DNA of 64,000 nucleotides from Spirochaetia bacterium (GTDB lineage: Bacteria > Spirochaetota > Spirochaetia > SZUA-6 > Bin103): NCBI GenBank assembly GCA_965208575.1, contig CBDBOV010000003.1:780088-844087 (forward strand), read 5' to 3'. The notes beneath the pieces were generated by a model that saw nothing but the letters and a program-made list of their open reading frames with translations, did no database searches and had not been told where the DNA came from. The stretch's first letter is position 1; the number at the start of each line of letters is the position of its first letter. The translations under genes were made by a program, and so were the position numbers. Shown here one piece after another: positions 8,670-18,823 of the stretch.

Positions 8670-9464
8670 TCAGCGGCCCATCCAGCGCAGCTTGCCGGGC
8701 TCGAACACGCGCCCCGGCTCGCCGTAGTCGTTGCCGGCAAGGTCCTTGCCGCGCAGCAGGTAGACGGTGTGCCGGCCCTTCTGCCGCTCCGGGTTGAACT
8801 TCACGTCGCTGGTCATGTAGCGCATGGTGTAGCCGCAGCGGCGGCGGCCGCTGGTGTTGGGGCTGGAGCTGTGCATCAGCTTGGCGTGGTGCACGTGGCA
8901 CTCGCCGGCGCGGATCGCCAGGTCCACCGCCTTGCTCTCGTCGAGCTGGTCGGGGCGGATGCGGGTGCGGAACACGTGCTCGGAGTGGTCCACCTCCTCG
9001 TACTCCGAGAAGCCGTGGTGGTGGGTGCCGGGGATCACCCGCATGCAGCCGTTGTCGGGCTGCGAGTCGTCGATCGCCAGCCATACGGTGACCACCTGGT
9101 ACTTGCTCAGCGATACGTTCCAGTAGGCGGAGTCCTCGTGCCACGGCACCGCCAGGCCGCGTTTCGGCAGCTTGCACAGGAAGTGGCTGGCCCACAGGGC
9201 GATGTTGGGCCCGATCAGGCGCTCCACGAAGTCGAGTACCTCGTCCGCGGCCAGCCACTCGAACAGCTCGGGAAACGCGAAATGCGGGACGTCCATCCCC
9301 TCCGGGCGCGCGTCCGCCGGCAACTGCTCGAGCATGTCATCGAAAACGCTCTGCAGGCGGCGGAATTTCTCTGCAGGAAAAAGCTGGTGGCGGTAGACCA
9401 GGTAGCCCTGCTCGGTGAAGAACGAGACGTCGGTGTCGGTCAAGTGCAGCGGGTGTTCACTCAA
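8670..9464 (-). CDS. Phytanoyl-CoA dioxygenase (PhyH) family Fe/2OG oxygenase
   Basis: WHED (HxD), TVWLAIDD...NGCMRVIPGTH, HxS..N.S..RR. TTG start at 9464 after an AGGAG RBS. Confidence 0.88.
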   Translation of the reverse strand: MSEHPLHLTDTDVSFFTEQGYLVYRHQLFPAEKFRRLQSVFDDMLEQLPADARPEGMDVPHFAFPELFEWLAADEVLDFVERLIGPNIALWASHFLCKLPKRGLAVPWHEDSAYWNVSLSKYQVVTVWLAIDDSQPDNGCMRVIPGTHHHGFSEYEEVDHSEHVFRTRIRPDQLDESKAVDLAIRAGECHVHHAKLMHSSSPNTSGRRRCGYTMRYMTSDVKFNPERQKGRHTVYLLRGKDLAGNDYGEPGRVFEPGKLRWMGR

Positions 9465-9578
9465 TGTCGGTGTGCTCCTGATGTGATTCCGGCGTGTGCG
9501 GGCACCCGGTGCCCCGCCGCGCGTTCCGTCGCCGCCGCTCGTTATGAGCGCCATCCGCAGGACTCGCGTGGCAGTCGT

Positions 9579-10601
9579 TCATGGCAGCAGGGCGCTCAGG
9601 GCGGCGCCGGCGGCGCGTTCGCGCTCCGCCTTCTCGGCGGCCGCCCGCGCCAGGCCGCGGGCCAGCTCCTCCTGGTCCTGGTCCGCGTTGCGTTTCACCT
9701 TGTCGACCCAGTCCGGCCTGATGGCGCCCACGCCGCCGAACGCCCCGGCGATCGCGCCGCCCATGGCGGCCATGGTGTCGGTGTCGCCGCCAAGGTTGGC
9801 GGCGAAGGTCACGCAGCGTTCCACGTCGCCCTCGGCCAGTGAGAACAGGGCCAGGGTCAGCGGCACGGTTTCCAGGGAGTTGGCCTTGCGGGGCTGGAAG
9901 AAACGCTCCTTGTGTTCGTGCACGTAGGCGCGAAAGGCGGCGTACTCGCGGTCGCGGGCGGCGTCGAGCGCCTGCTCGACTCCGGCCAGCATGCGGGCGC
10001 CGCTGGTGGCCGGGATCGGCGCCACCGCCTCCTGCACGATCGACTCGACCGTGGCGCCGGCGCGGCAGGCGGCCGCCACGGCCGCGGCTACGATGGCCGC
10101 CCCGTCCTGGCAGAAGCCGGCGTCCTGGACGTTGATCAGCGAGGCGAGATGAGTGGCCTGCGCCGCCGCCTGTGCCGGGTTGCAGGCGTTCACCAGCCCC
10201 GCCGGCGCCATGCACATGGCGGAACTGGAGCAGGGGATGTTGCCCAGCGCCGCCATTCTCGGCGCGCCCTGCACGCGCAGCCGGCGCGCCGTGTGCAGCA
10301 CGGAGAGGAAGAACTTCTGCTGCTTGGGACCGAAGATATCGTCCCACGCCGCCATCCAGTCGTCCGCCCAGTCGTCGATGGTGGCGTACCCGGAGGTGCG
10401 GATCAGCGTCCGAGCCAGGATGTCGCGCAGAACGGTGTCGTCGGTGCCGCCCGACTCGAAGTCGTCCAGCCAGCCGAGCTGCGCGTCGATCTCGTCCGCG
10501 CTCTTGCCCTCCGACGGCGCCCCCAGCGCGTCGCCGATCACCCCGCCGACCAGCGCCCCGAGGCACTTGTCATAAAGAAGGCTCCCCTCGATTTCTGTCA
10601 T
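9579..10601 (-). CDS. ADP-ribosylglycohydrolase family protein
   Basis: GALVGGVIGDALGAPSE, GTDDT and GGDTDTMAAMGGAIAGA metal-binding motifs. Confidence 0.9.
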   Translation of the reverse strand: MTEIEGSLLYDKCLGALVGGVIGDALGAPSEGKSADEIDAQLGWLDDFESGGTDDTVLRDILARTLIRTSGYATIDDWADDWMAAWDDIFGPKQQKFFLSVLHTARRLRVQGAPRMAALGNIPCSSSAMCMAPAGLVNACNPAQAAAQATHLASLINVQDAGFCQDGAAIVAAAVAAACRAGATVESIVQEAVAPIPATSGARMLAGVEQALDAARDREYAAFRAYVHEHKERFFQPRKANSLETVPLTLALFSLAEGDVERCVTFAANLGGDTDTMAAMGGAIAGAFGGVGAIRPDWVDKVKRNADQDQEELARGLARAAAEKAERERAAGAALSALLP

Positions 10602-10670
10602 GGCGTGCTCCACTCCTCCACGGACTGCCTGCGAGCATAGCACGCGTGGCGCGGGGGCGCGTGCGTCGCG

Positions 10671-12386
10671 TCAGCGCCGGCCGACCACCCTGCTCAGGGC
10701 CAGGGTGCGCTGCCTGGTCTGCGCCAGTTCCGGTTCGAGGCGCGGCGCGTCGCCGAACCAGCGCTGGCGGCGCAGATGGCCGACCGCGGCCGCCAGCGCC
10801 GCCGGCGTCCCGATGCGGCACAGTTGCTCGCTGGCGTAGGCGGCCACGTACGGATCCGAGTCTTCCAGGGCAGCCGCCAGCGACGGCACCGCGGCGTCCT
10901 GCGGGCCGTTCAGCCGCGCCAGGCCCTGGACGGCAAGCTGCCGCAACTGGCTGTTGGACTCGCGCTGCAGCGCGCCGGCCAGCGCTGCCAGCGCCGGTGC
11001 CTGCGGGTGGCCGACCAGGCTGACGGCGGACAGCAGGTGGCGGCGCACCTCCTCGTCCGAGTCGCCCAGCGCCTCCGCCAGCGCGTCCAGCGCGCCCGCC
11101 GCCCGGTGCCCCATCTCGCCCAGTGCGTAGGCCGCATTGGCCCGCACGTGGTCATGCGGATTGCGCAGCGCGCGCGCCAGGGCGGGCACCGCCGGTGCGC
11201 CGATGGAACCCAGGGCGTGGGCCGCGTGGCCGATGCCGTAGGGCGGGTAGGTGCGGTACAGTTCCTCGTAGCTGCCCAGCACCGCCACCAGCGGATCGAC
11301 CGCGGCAGCGCCGACCGCGCCGAGCGCGTAGCACGCGTTGAGCTGGACGTACGGCGAGTCGTCCTCCAGGGCGGCGACCAGGTCCGCAACCGCCGGCGCC
11401 GCGCCCGCCCGCGCGAACCCCAGCGCATTGGCGGCCTGCAGGCGATCGTCTTCTGCGCCGGACCGCAGCCGGAGCGCCAGATCGGCGATCGACTCCGGCC
11501 GGCCCGCCGCGGCGGCGCCGGGCGCGCGCCGAAACAGGTCGCCGGCGCCGCACATCCAGTTCCAGACGTAGGTCCAGGCAATTTCATTGCCGCCGTCATG
11601 GTCGCCGCCGCGCCCGTTGGCGGACTCCCGGCGCCAGCAAGGGGCGTCGTTGGCCCAGCTCGGATCCGCCGGCTGTTCGGTGCGCATGAACACGAACTTG
11701 TGGCCGTAGCGCATCTGCTCGGCGACGTTGGCGAGCACCGAGTGGCCCAGGTCGAAGTGCATGATCGACACCGCGCCGAGGCCGCACGCCAGGGAGGTCA
11801 ACTCGCGCTGCACGTAGTTGGCCGGCAGCCGGTAGCCGCCGTTCGCGCCGCGGTCCACGACGAGCGGCATCTCCAGGTCCAGCTCGGTGGTGAGGCGCGG
11901 CAGCAGGTGGGTGCCGGGGATCAGGGCGGTGGGACCCTGGCGGTCGGGGCACTCCTGCGGGTAGTAGAACAGCAGCGCCCACTGCGGTACCCGGTGGCGC
12001 GGCTTGTGGCAGCCGGCCTGGCCGTCGCGGTGCGGCACCATGGTGATGCCCCGGCGGCCGTCCGGCAGCGGCGCCACCGGTGCGTTGAGGTGGCAGTGGC
12101 GGTGCGGCAGCATCACGTAGCCGTGGCCAAGCAGGCTGGTCAGCGCGCCGACCACCTGCGGCGCCTCCAGCACCCGCGCCAGCTCGCCGACCACCGGCAG
12201 GATGTTGTTCTGCGGATTGGCGCCGCCGCCGTCCCTGCCGCCGTCGCCCGAACGCAGAATCCGGTCGGTCTTCTCGAAGATCGTACGGTGCACCGATTCG
12301 TCCAGACCGGTCTGCACCTGTACGTACCCGTCGACAATGAACGCCCTGACCTGCTCGTCATTGAGCAGGTACTCCTCTCCCCGCAT
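10671..12386 (-). CDS. PhyH-like dioxygenase domain fused to HEAT repeats
   Basis: N-terminal FIVDGYV, HRHCH, PHRD, FYYPQ, GPTALIPGTH. C-terminal repeats AANALG, ACYALG, AAHALG, AAYALGE. AGGAG RBS before ATG 12386. Confidence 0.85.
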   Translation of the reverse strand: MRGEEYLLNDEQVRAFIVDGYVQVQTGLDESVHRTIFEKTDRILRSGDGGRDGGGANPQNNILPVVGELARVLEAPQVVGALTSLLGHGYVMLPHRHCHLNAPVAPLPDGRRGITMVPHRDGQAGCHKPRHRVPQWALLFYYPQECPDRQGPTALIPGTHLLPRLTTELDLEMPLVVDRGANGGYRLPANYVQRELTSLACGLGAVSIMHFDLGHSVLANVAEQMRYGHKFVFMRTEQPADPSWANDAPCWRRESANGRGGDHDGGNEIAWTYVWNWMCGAGDLFRRAPGAAAAGRPESIADLALRLRSGAEDDRLQAANALGFARAGAAPAVADLVAALEDDSPYVQLNACYALGAVGAAAVDPLVAVLGSYEELYRTYPPYGIGHAAHALGSIGAPAVPALARALRNPHDHVRANAAYALGEMGHRAAGALDALAEALGDSDEEVRRHLLSAVSLVGHPQAPALAALAGALQRESNSQLRQLAVQGLARLNGPQDAAVPSLAAALEDSDPYVAAYASEQLCRIGTPAALAAAVGHLRRQRWFGDAPRLEPELAQTRQRTLALSRVVGRR

Positions 12387-12495
12387 CGGTAATCTCCTAT
12401 GTTGCGGAGTGTTCCACAATCCGCACCGGTATGCCGAGCCCACGGCGCCTGGCCGGCGGCGTGCTGTGTTGCTGGGGGCTGCCGGCGCGGGCGGC

Positions 12496-14049
12496 TCAGG
12501 CGATTCGATGGTGGGAGGGGATCCAGTGGCGGGGCGGCGGCGCCGGCTGCTGGCGCCGGGCATTGGCGTAGTCGCAGGCGCACAGCACTTCCTCGAACAA
12601 CATTGCTTCCAGTTCGCGCCGGGTGCCGGCGTAGTCGGCGTCGGCGTAGCGGTTGTGCGTTTCGGCGGGATCTTCGCGGCGGTCGTACAGCTCGCCGTGC
12701 ATGCCCCCGGCGTATTTGGTCAGGCGCCACCTGGCGGTGGTGAGCGTGCGCATGCGCGCCGGCATCATGTCGTCGTCGTTCTCGGTCAGGGCGGCCGTGC
12801 GCCGGTAGGGTCCCGCGCCGCGCAGCGCCGGCGCGAACGAGATGCCCTGTAAGCCCTCGGGAGCCGGCACGCCGGCCAGGTCCCACAGCGTGGCCGCGAT
12901 GTCGAGCGTGGAGGCGGGCTGCTCGATGGTCTGTCCCGCCTCGATGCCGGGGCCCTGCACCAGCAGGGGCACGCGCAGGGCGGAGTCGAAGTGCATGCCC
13001 TTGCCGACGAAGCCGTGGTCGCCGAGGTACTCGCCGTGATCGGCGACGAACACCACGACGGTGGAGTCGGCCATGCCGGTGGCCGCGAGATGGTCGAGGA
13101 TACGCCCGACGTGGTGGTCGAGGCAGGAGGTCATGCCGTAGTAGGAGGCGCGCACCGCCCGCCAGGTCGCCGCGCTTACCCGCGAGTAGTCCAGCGGCGG
13201 AGTGCCGATGATGCGGTCGATACCCGGCCCCTGCGGACGTTCCCCCCAACCGGCGACGTCCAGCGCTTCGCCGCGGAAGATCGAGTCGTACCACGACGGC
13301 ATGTGCCGCCCGCCGTGCGCAACCGGCGCCGGCACCGCGGCGGGGTCGTACATCGACGCCCACGGCTCGGGCACCGTGAACGGGTGGTGCGGGTCGGGGA
13401 AGCTGACGTGGGCGAACAGCGGCCGCCCGTCGGCGCGGGCCGAGTCGAGCAGTTCGATGGTGCGGTCCGCCAGGTAGTGCGATGAGTGCAACTCGGCGGG
13501 CAGGCGGAAACGGTGCGGTCCGAGCACCGGCGTCAGTTGATCTTCTCCCACCCGCGGCTGCGCCCGCGCCTGATCCAGGTCCACGCCCATGGCCGCGGCG
13601 TGCGCTCCGTAGTCGGCGCCGAAGCAGCCGTCGCCGTGGCCGTTGACCAGGTCCACCTCGGCGAAACCGTAGTAGCCGTCACTCCCCTCACGGGCCATGG
13701 CCGCGCGCAGCACCTCCGGCTCGGCGCGCTGCGGCACCAGGTGGATCTTGCCGACCGACGCGCACCGGTAGCCGGCGCGCTGCAGGCCGTGGCCGAGAAA
13801 GCGCGGATCGTCCGGCGCATGGCAGCCCACCATGCGTGTCTTCAGCACCGACGGAAACGCCCCCGTCAGTATCGACGCCCGGCTCGGCGTGCAGGTCGGC
13901 TGGGTCACCACGCAATCCACGAACCGCACCCCCGCCGCCGCCATGCGGTCCAGGTTCGGCGTGCGGCACACCGGATTGCCGTAAACCGACAGCGTATCGG
14001 CCCGCAGCTCATCCGCCACGATCAACAGGATATTCGGTCGCATCGGCAT
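12496..14049 (-). CDS. Sulfatase (formylglycine-dependent, Cys type)
   Basis: PNILLIVADE, CTPSRASILTG (CxPxR), GKIH, FPDPHHP, DHGEYLGDHG. Confidence 0.93.
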   Translation of the reverse strand: MPMRPNILLIVADELRADTLSVYGNPVCRTPNLDRMAAAGVRFVDCVVTQPTCTPSRASILTGAFPSVLKTRMVGCHAPDDPRFLGHGLQRAGYRCASVGKIHLVPQRAEPEVLRAAMAREGSDGYYGFAEVDLVNGHGDGCFGADYGAHAAAMGVDLDQARAQPRVGEDQLTPVLGPHRFRLPAELHSSHYLADRTIELLDSARADGRPLFAHVSFPDPHHPFTVPEPWASMYDPAAVPAPVAHGGRHMPSWYDSIFRGEALDVAGWGERPQGPGIDRIIGTPPLDYSRVSAATWRAVRASYYGMTSCLDHHVGRILDHLAATGMADSTVVVFVADHGEYLGDHGFVGKGMHFDSALRVPLLVQGPGIEAGQTIEQPASTLDIAATLWDLAGVPAPEGLQGISFAPALRGAGPYRRTAALTENDDDMMPARMRTLTTARWRLTKYAGGMHGELYDRREDPAETHNRYADADYAGTRRELEAMLFEEVLCACDYANARRQQPAPPPRHWIPSHHRIA

Positions 14050-14060
14050 TGCCCCCTCTC

Positions 14061-14369
14061 CTACGCCATATTGCTGGACGCAAGCCCCTTCATGAGCCGA
14101 TCACGCCGCGCCTGCACGAGGTCGTAGCTTGCCTGCATCCGCATCCAGTGTTCGGCGGTGCCCCAACCGATGTCCTCCAGCGCCAGGGCCATATTCGCGG
14201 ATACACCGGCCCTGCCGTTCAGCAGGCGTGACAGGGTTCCACGCTCACAGCCCAAGTGGTGGGCGGTTTCGGTCACGCTCCAGCCGATGTCTTCCATGCT
14301 TTCGCGGACTAGCTCGCCCAAGTGCGGAGGGTTGGCCATAGGGCCGACACGTTGACTACGTTCGTTCAT
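14061..14369 (-). CDS. higA: HigA-family antitoxin (XRE HTH)
   Basis: NPPHLGE...SVTETAHHLG..RGTLSRLLNGRAGVSANMALAL...WMRMQASYDL; lies downstream of the toxin. Confidence 0.9.
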   Translation of the reverse strand: MNERSQRVGPMANPPHLGELVRESMEDIGWSVTETAHHLGCERGTLSRLLNGRAGVSANMALALEDIGWGTAEHWMRMQASYDLVQARRDRLMKGLASSNMA

Positions 14370-14390
14370 GGGTCCGTGCTCTCCTTGCGG

Positions 14391-14663
14391 TCAGTGGTAG
14401 TCGATCAGGTCCACGTCGACGGCCTCGTCATTCTCGAACCGGAACACTACGCGCCAGTTGCCGGTAACGCGCACGCTCCACTGGCCGGCGCGGTTCCCCT
14501 TCAGGGGATGCAACCGGAAACCCGGCGCGGCCGCGTCGCTCGGCTGCTTTGCTTCCTGGAGCCGGAACAGTATCCGGCGAAGTCGTGACACTTGGTCTGC
14601 AGGGAGCCGGGCGGCGTCGTCTCGCTCGTGCAGCGCCAGCAGTCCCTTGTGCCTGATCGTCAC
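14391..14663 (-). CDS. higB: HigB/RelE-family toxin (plasmid maintenance killer type)
   Basis: IRHKGL...FRLHPLKG...WSVRVTGNWRVVFRF...VDLIDYH. GTG start at 14663; toxin-first order. Confidence 0.9.
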   Translation of the reverse strand: MTIRHKGLLALHERDDAARLPADQVSRLRRILFRLQEAKQPSDAAAPGFRLHPLKGNRAGQWSVRVTGNWRVVFRFENDEAVDVDLIDYH

Positions 14664-14669
14664 GACAGA

Positions 14670-14689
14670 AACGTAACGCGACGCGCCAC
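14670..14689 (-). promoter_or_regulatory. higBA -10 box overlapping an imperfect palindrome (probable HigA operator)
   Basis: GTAACGCG-A-CGCGCCAC (14673-14689, 6/8 match). On the minus strand, TACGTT lies 6 nt before the GTG start. Confidence 0.55.
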
Positions 14690-14861
14690 ACGCCGCAACC
14701 TTCCCGTCAGCCTGCCAGTCGTCAGGGACATTCGCCGACCGACACGCGCGAACATAGGGTCTGTTGGCGCACGTCGATCTACGCATGATGGTTGTCCCGC
14801 GGCACCCCAACCGCGTCCATCGCGCGAGCACGGTTCGCATACGGTCTGATAGGATGCGGGT

Positions 14862-16658
14862 ATGGCCTCGCCGGAGAGCACGCACTACCAGCTACCGCCG
14901 TTCCCGGCGATTCCCTATGGGCGCGCCTTCTTCAGGGGCATCCGGCTGGAAGGCTGCCTGTACGTCGACAAGACGCGATTCCTGCACCCGCTGGAGCAGG
15001 AGCGGTTCGTGTTCTTCATCCGCCCGCGGCGCTTCGGCAAGACCTGCTGGCTGTCGCTGCTGGAGAGCTACTACGACCGCAACCAGGCGGGCGACTTCGA
15101 GCGGGTATTCGGCGGCTTGGACATCTACCGGCAACCCACCCCGAACCGCGCCCGCTACGTGGTGGTGCGGTTCAACTTCTCCACCTTCGGCAGTGACCCG
15201 GCGAAGCTGGAACGTGAGTTCGACGAGTACTGCCGGCGGCACGTGCGCGACGCCCTCGAGGACAATCCCGACCTGTTCCCCGATTCGGTGGCCCGCCGCA
15301 TCCAGGCGCCATCGACCATCCATGGCCAGTTTGACGAGCTGTTCCTGCACGCCCGCCGGGAGGGGATTCCGCTCTACGTCCTGATCGACGAGTACGACAA
15401 TTTCGCCAACACCATCCTTGCCGGCGAGGGAGCGGAGGCGTACTACGCGTTCACCCACGGCGGCGGCTTCTACCGCAGCTTCTTCGCGGCGCTCAAGGCG
15501 GGCACCGAGAACGGCAGCGTGGAGCGGCTGTTCGTCACCGGGGTGTCGCCGGTGACCATGGACGACGTGACCAGCGGCTTCAACATCGGCGCCAACCTGA
15601 GCCTGCGGCCCGAGTTCAACGAGCTGCTCGGCTTCACCGAGGACGAGGTGCGGCGCCTGGTGGAGACGTACCGGGACCTGGGCGTATTCGACCAGGACGT
15701 CGAGACGGCGCTGGCCACCATGCGCGAGTGGTACAATGGCTACCGGTTCGCAAAGACGGCGCAGGGAATCGTCTACAACACCGACATGGTGCTTCATTAC
15801 CTGAAGCACTCGGTGCCCAACAAACGCGGCCCCGACAACCTGATCGACAGCAACGTGCGCATCGACTACGGCAAGCTGCGTCACCTGCTGCTGACCGGAC
15901 GGCAGTTGAACGGCAACTTCGACCTGCTGCGCCACGTGATCGCCGAAGGACGGGCGCACAGCGACATCGTGGAGAGCTTCCCACTGGCGCGGCTTACGGA
16001 TCGAGAAAACTTCCTCTCGCTGCTGCACTACTTCGGCCTGCTGAGCATCCGCGACCTGGTCGCCGGCGTGCCGCGGCTGGGCATCCCCAACCAGACCGTG
16101 CGGCGGCTGACGTTCGGCTACCTGCGCGACGCCTACCGCGACGTGGGAGTGTTCTCGCTGGACCTTGTCGAGTTCGACCGGCTCACGCGGCGGATGGCGC
16201 TGGAGGGCGACTGGCGGCCGGCCGTGGAGCGGCTGTGCGACGCGGTGACCGAGCACACCGGTATCCGCGACTACATCCAGGGAGAGAAGATCCTGCAAGG
16301 GTTCCTGGCGGCCTACCTGAGCGCATCGGATTATTTCGTGCTGCACACCGAGCAGGAGTTGGCGAAGGGCTACGCGGACATCGTGCTGGTGCCGCTGGCG
16401 GCGCGCTATCCCGGCATGCGACACGGCTTCGTGATCGAGTTGACGTACCTGAGCCGCGTTCCCGAGACCGAGGCCCGGATGACGACGACGGCTGCCGAGG
16501 CGGTGTCGCAGTTGCGCCGATACCTGGCGGATGAACGGCTGGCGCGGCAGCACCCGGACGTGGAGTTCACGGGCGTGGCGCTGGTGTTCCGCGGCTGGGA
16601 GCTGGTGTACGGCGAAGAGGTGGCGGCCGCGGACTCCGACGGCGCGCAGGTAGGCTGA
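14862..16658 (+). CDS. AAA-ATPase-like protein with C-terminal PD-(D/E)XK nuclease-like domain
   Basis: IPYG...YVDKT, RPRRFGKT, LIDEYD, FVTGVSP, WYNGY, C-terminal GYADIVL...IELTY. Confidence 0.9.
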   Translation: MASPESTHYQLPPFPAIPYGRAFFRGIRLEGCLYVDKTRFLHPLEQERFVFFIRPRRFGKTCWLSLLESYYDRNQAGDFERVFGGLDIYRQPTPNRARYVVVRFNFSTFGSDPAKLEREFDEYCRRHVRDALEDNPDLFPDSVARRIQAPSTIHGQFDELFLHARREGIPLYVLIDEYDNFANTILAGEGAEAYYAFTHGGGFYRSFFAALKAGTENGSVERLFVTGVSPVTMDDVTSGFNIGANLSLRPEFNELLGFTEDEVRRLVETYRDLGVFDQDVETALATMREWYNGYRFAKTAQGIVYNTDMVLHYLKHSVPNKRGPDNLIDSNVRIDYGKLRHLLLTGRQLNGNFDLLRHVIAEGRAHSDIVESFPLARLTDRENFLSLLHYFGLLSIRDLVAGVPRLGIPNQTVRRLTFGYLRDAYRDVGVFSLDLVEFDRLTRRMALEGDWRPAVERLCDAVTEHTGIRDYIQGEKILQGFLAAYLSASDYFVLHTEQELAKGYADIVLVPLAARYPGMRHGFVIELTYLSRVPETEARMTTTAAEAVSQLRRYLADERLARQHPDVEFTGVALVFRGWELVYGEEVAAADSDGAQVG

Positions 16659-16663
16659 CCAGC

Positions 16664-17878
16664 ATGAGAATTGCCGACGTCGTTACGCATGCCGTGCAGC
16701 CGGCAGGGATTCCGCTGGTGGTGGCCAAGGTGGTGACCGATCAGCCGGGGCTGTACGGGTGGGGCTGCGGCACCTTCACGCAGCGCTTCCGGGCGGTGGA
16801 GGCGGCGATCGAGCGTCACCTGAAGCCGTTCGCGATCGGGCGCGACGCGGCGGCGATTGCCGACTTCTGGCACAGCGCCATGCACGACGGCTACTGGCGC
16901 AACGGGCCGGTGCTGAACAACGCGGTGAGCGCGGTGGAGATGGCGCTGTGGGACATCAAGGGCAAGGCGGCCGGGCTGCCCTGCTACCAGCTCTGGGGCG
17001 GGCGCAGCCGCGGCGCGGCGGCGGTGTACGTGCACGCCAACGGCAACGAGCCGGGCGAGGTGCTCGACCAGGCGCTGGCCTACTGGGAACGGGGCTTCCG
17101 CCACATCCGCTGCCAGCTCGGCGGCTACGTCGGGGTCGGCGGCGGGTCGGCCAGCAGCGCGGCCGGGACCTTCTCCAATGCCAGCGGGACCGGCTCCATC
17201 TTCTTCGATCCCGGCGAGAAGCTGCGCCGGGTGCCGGAGCTGTTCGAGAGGGTGCGCGCCGGCCTGCCGCCGGAGGCGGAGTTGCTGTACGACATCCACG
17301 AGCGGCTGGTGCCGGTCGACGCGCTGCGGTTGGCCAAGGCACTGGAGCCGTACCGGCTGTTCTTCCTGGAGGACGCGCTGGCGCCGGAGGATCTCGGCTA
17401 CTTCCGCATGCTGCGTTCCCAATGCGCCGTGCCGCTGGCGATGGGCGAGCTGTTCGTCCATCCCCTGGAGGTGGAGCCGCTGGTCACCGGGCGGCTGATC
17501 GACTTCGTGCGCGTGCACGTGTCCACCTACGGCGGCATCACCGCAGCGCTCCGGCTCGCCAGCCTGTCCGCCGCATTCGGGGTGCGCACCGCCTGGCACG
17601 GCCCGCGCGACGTGTCGCCGGTCGGTATGGCCGCCAACGTGCACCTGGACCTGCACGTTCCCAACTTCGGCATCCAGGAGTGGTCGTTCCGCTCGCCGGC
17701 CGAGGAGGACCTGTTCCCCGGCATCCCCGAGGTGCACGCCGGTGCGGTGAACGTCAACGATCGCCCGGGCTGGGGCATCGAGATGGACGAACGCCTCGCC
17801 GCGCGCTTTCCCTGCGACGACCGTGCGAGCCTGCGCCCCGTACCTCGCCTCGCCGACGGCACCAGCCGACCGTTCTGA
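16664..17878 (+). CDS. Enolase-superfamily acid-sugar dehydratase (RspA/mannonate dehydratase subgroup)
   Basis: YWRNGPV, ALWDIKGK, DIHER, LFFLED, MGELF, AWHGP, GIQE. Confidence 0.88.
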   Translation: MRIADVVTHAVQPAGIPLVVAKVVTDQPGLYGWGCGTFTQRFRAVEAAIERHLKPFAIGRDAAAIADFWHSAMHDGYWRNGPVLNNAVSAVEMALWDIKGKAAGLPCYQLWGGRSRGAAAVYVHANGNEPGEVLDQALAYWERGFRHIRCQLGGYVGVGGGSASSAAGTFSNASGTGSIFFDPGEKLRRVPELFERVRAGLPPEAELLYDIHERLVPVDALRLAKALEPYRLFFLEDALAPEDLGYFRMLRSQCAVPLAMGELFVHPLEVEPLVTGRLIDFVRVHVSTYGGITAALRLASLSAAFGVRTAWHGPRDVSPVGMAANVHLDLHVPNFGIQEWSFRSPAEEDLFPGIPEVHAGAVNVNDRPGWGIEMDERLAARFPCDDRASLRPVPRLADGTSRPF

Positions 17879-17959
17879 TTGACGCCCGGGGCTTCCCGGC
17901 TTGCACGCAGCGTCCGCACCCGACGAACGGGTGCACGAGCGGCGCGCGTACCGGTGCGG

Positions 17960-18823
17960 TCATCCGGCGCGCAGGCGTGCCGCCGCCGGGGACCTCGTGA
18001 TTGCAGGGGCTGTCGGGAGCGCGAATCCGGAACCTGCTCCATCAACGCGGCGCAGATTTCTGCCGTACGCGGCCGCCAGGGGTTCGGGAGCCAGCACTTC
18101 GTCCGGCGTGCCGGCGGCGACGACCCGCCGGTGGAGCAGCAGCACCCGGCCGAGGTGCTCGGCGACGCCCAGGTCGTGGGTGGCCACCATGACGGCGATC
18201 GGTTCCCTGATCGAGTCGAGCGTGTCGGACAGCATGCGGCTGGCGTCGGCATCGAGGCCGGCGTACGGCTCGTCGAGCAGCATGATCTCCGCCTCCTGCG
18301 CCAGCGCGCGGGCGATGAACACGCGGCGTCGCTGGCCGCCGGAGAGTTCGCCGATCTGGCGGTGGCGCAGGTCGGCGATTGCCACCTGTTCCATGGCGTC
18401 GGCGACGATGGCGCGGTCTCTGCGCCGCGGATAGCGCAAATAGCCGACCCGCGCGATGCGGCCCATCGCCACCACATCCTCGACGGTGGCCGGGAACCGC
18501 CAGTTGATGTCCGCGTGCTGCTCGATGTAGGCGATGCAGACGTGACGATCGGGATCGCTGCCGTAGAAGCGAACCGTACCGGCGGACGGGGAATGCGTGC
18601 CGGCAATCACCTTGAACATGGTGCTCTTGCCGGCGCCGTTGGGACCGACCACGGCGATGCGTTCGCCGGCGCCGAGGCGCAGCGACACGTTCTCCAGGGC
18701 GCACCGCCCGCCGTAGTGGGCCCACACCCCGTGCAGGTCGAGCATGGCGCTCCCGTCGGCAGGGGCCCGCTCACAACAGTCGTGGCTGCGCACGGCGTGC
18801 GCCAGCCTCGGCCTAGGAGCCAA
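17960..18823 (-). CDS. Metal (Zn/Mn) ABC transporter ATP-binding protein (ZnuC/TroB-like); start may be ATG 18745
   Basis: GPNGAGKST, FPATVEDVVAMGR, IGELSGGQRRRVFIARALAQ, LLDEPY, THDL. Confidence 0.9.
   Translation of the reverse strand: MAPRPRLAHAVRSHDCCERAPADGSAMLDLHGVWAHYGGRCALENVSLRLGAGERIAVVGPNGAGKSTMFKVIAGTHSPSAGTVRFYGSDPDRHVCIAYIEQHADINWRFPATVEDVVAMGRIARVGYLRYPRRRDRAIVADAMEQVAIADLRHRQIGELSGGQRRRVFIARALAQEAEIMLLDEPYAGLDADASRMLSDTLDSIREPIAVMVATHDLGVAEHLGRVLLLHRRVVAAGTPDEVLAPEPLAAAYGRNLRRVDGAGSGFALPTAPAITRSPAAARLRAG

Noticed and set aside
3136-8740. Long minus-strand ORFs (859 aa and 1106 aa)
   Set aside because: Antisense shadows of the ABC transporter genes, expected at this GC content.
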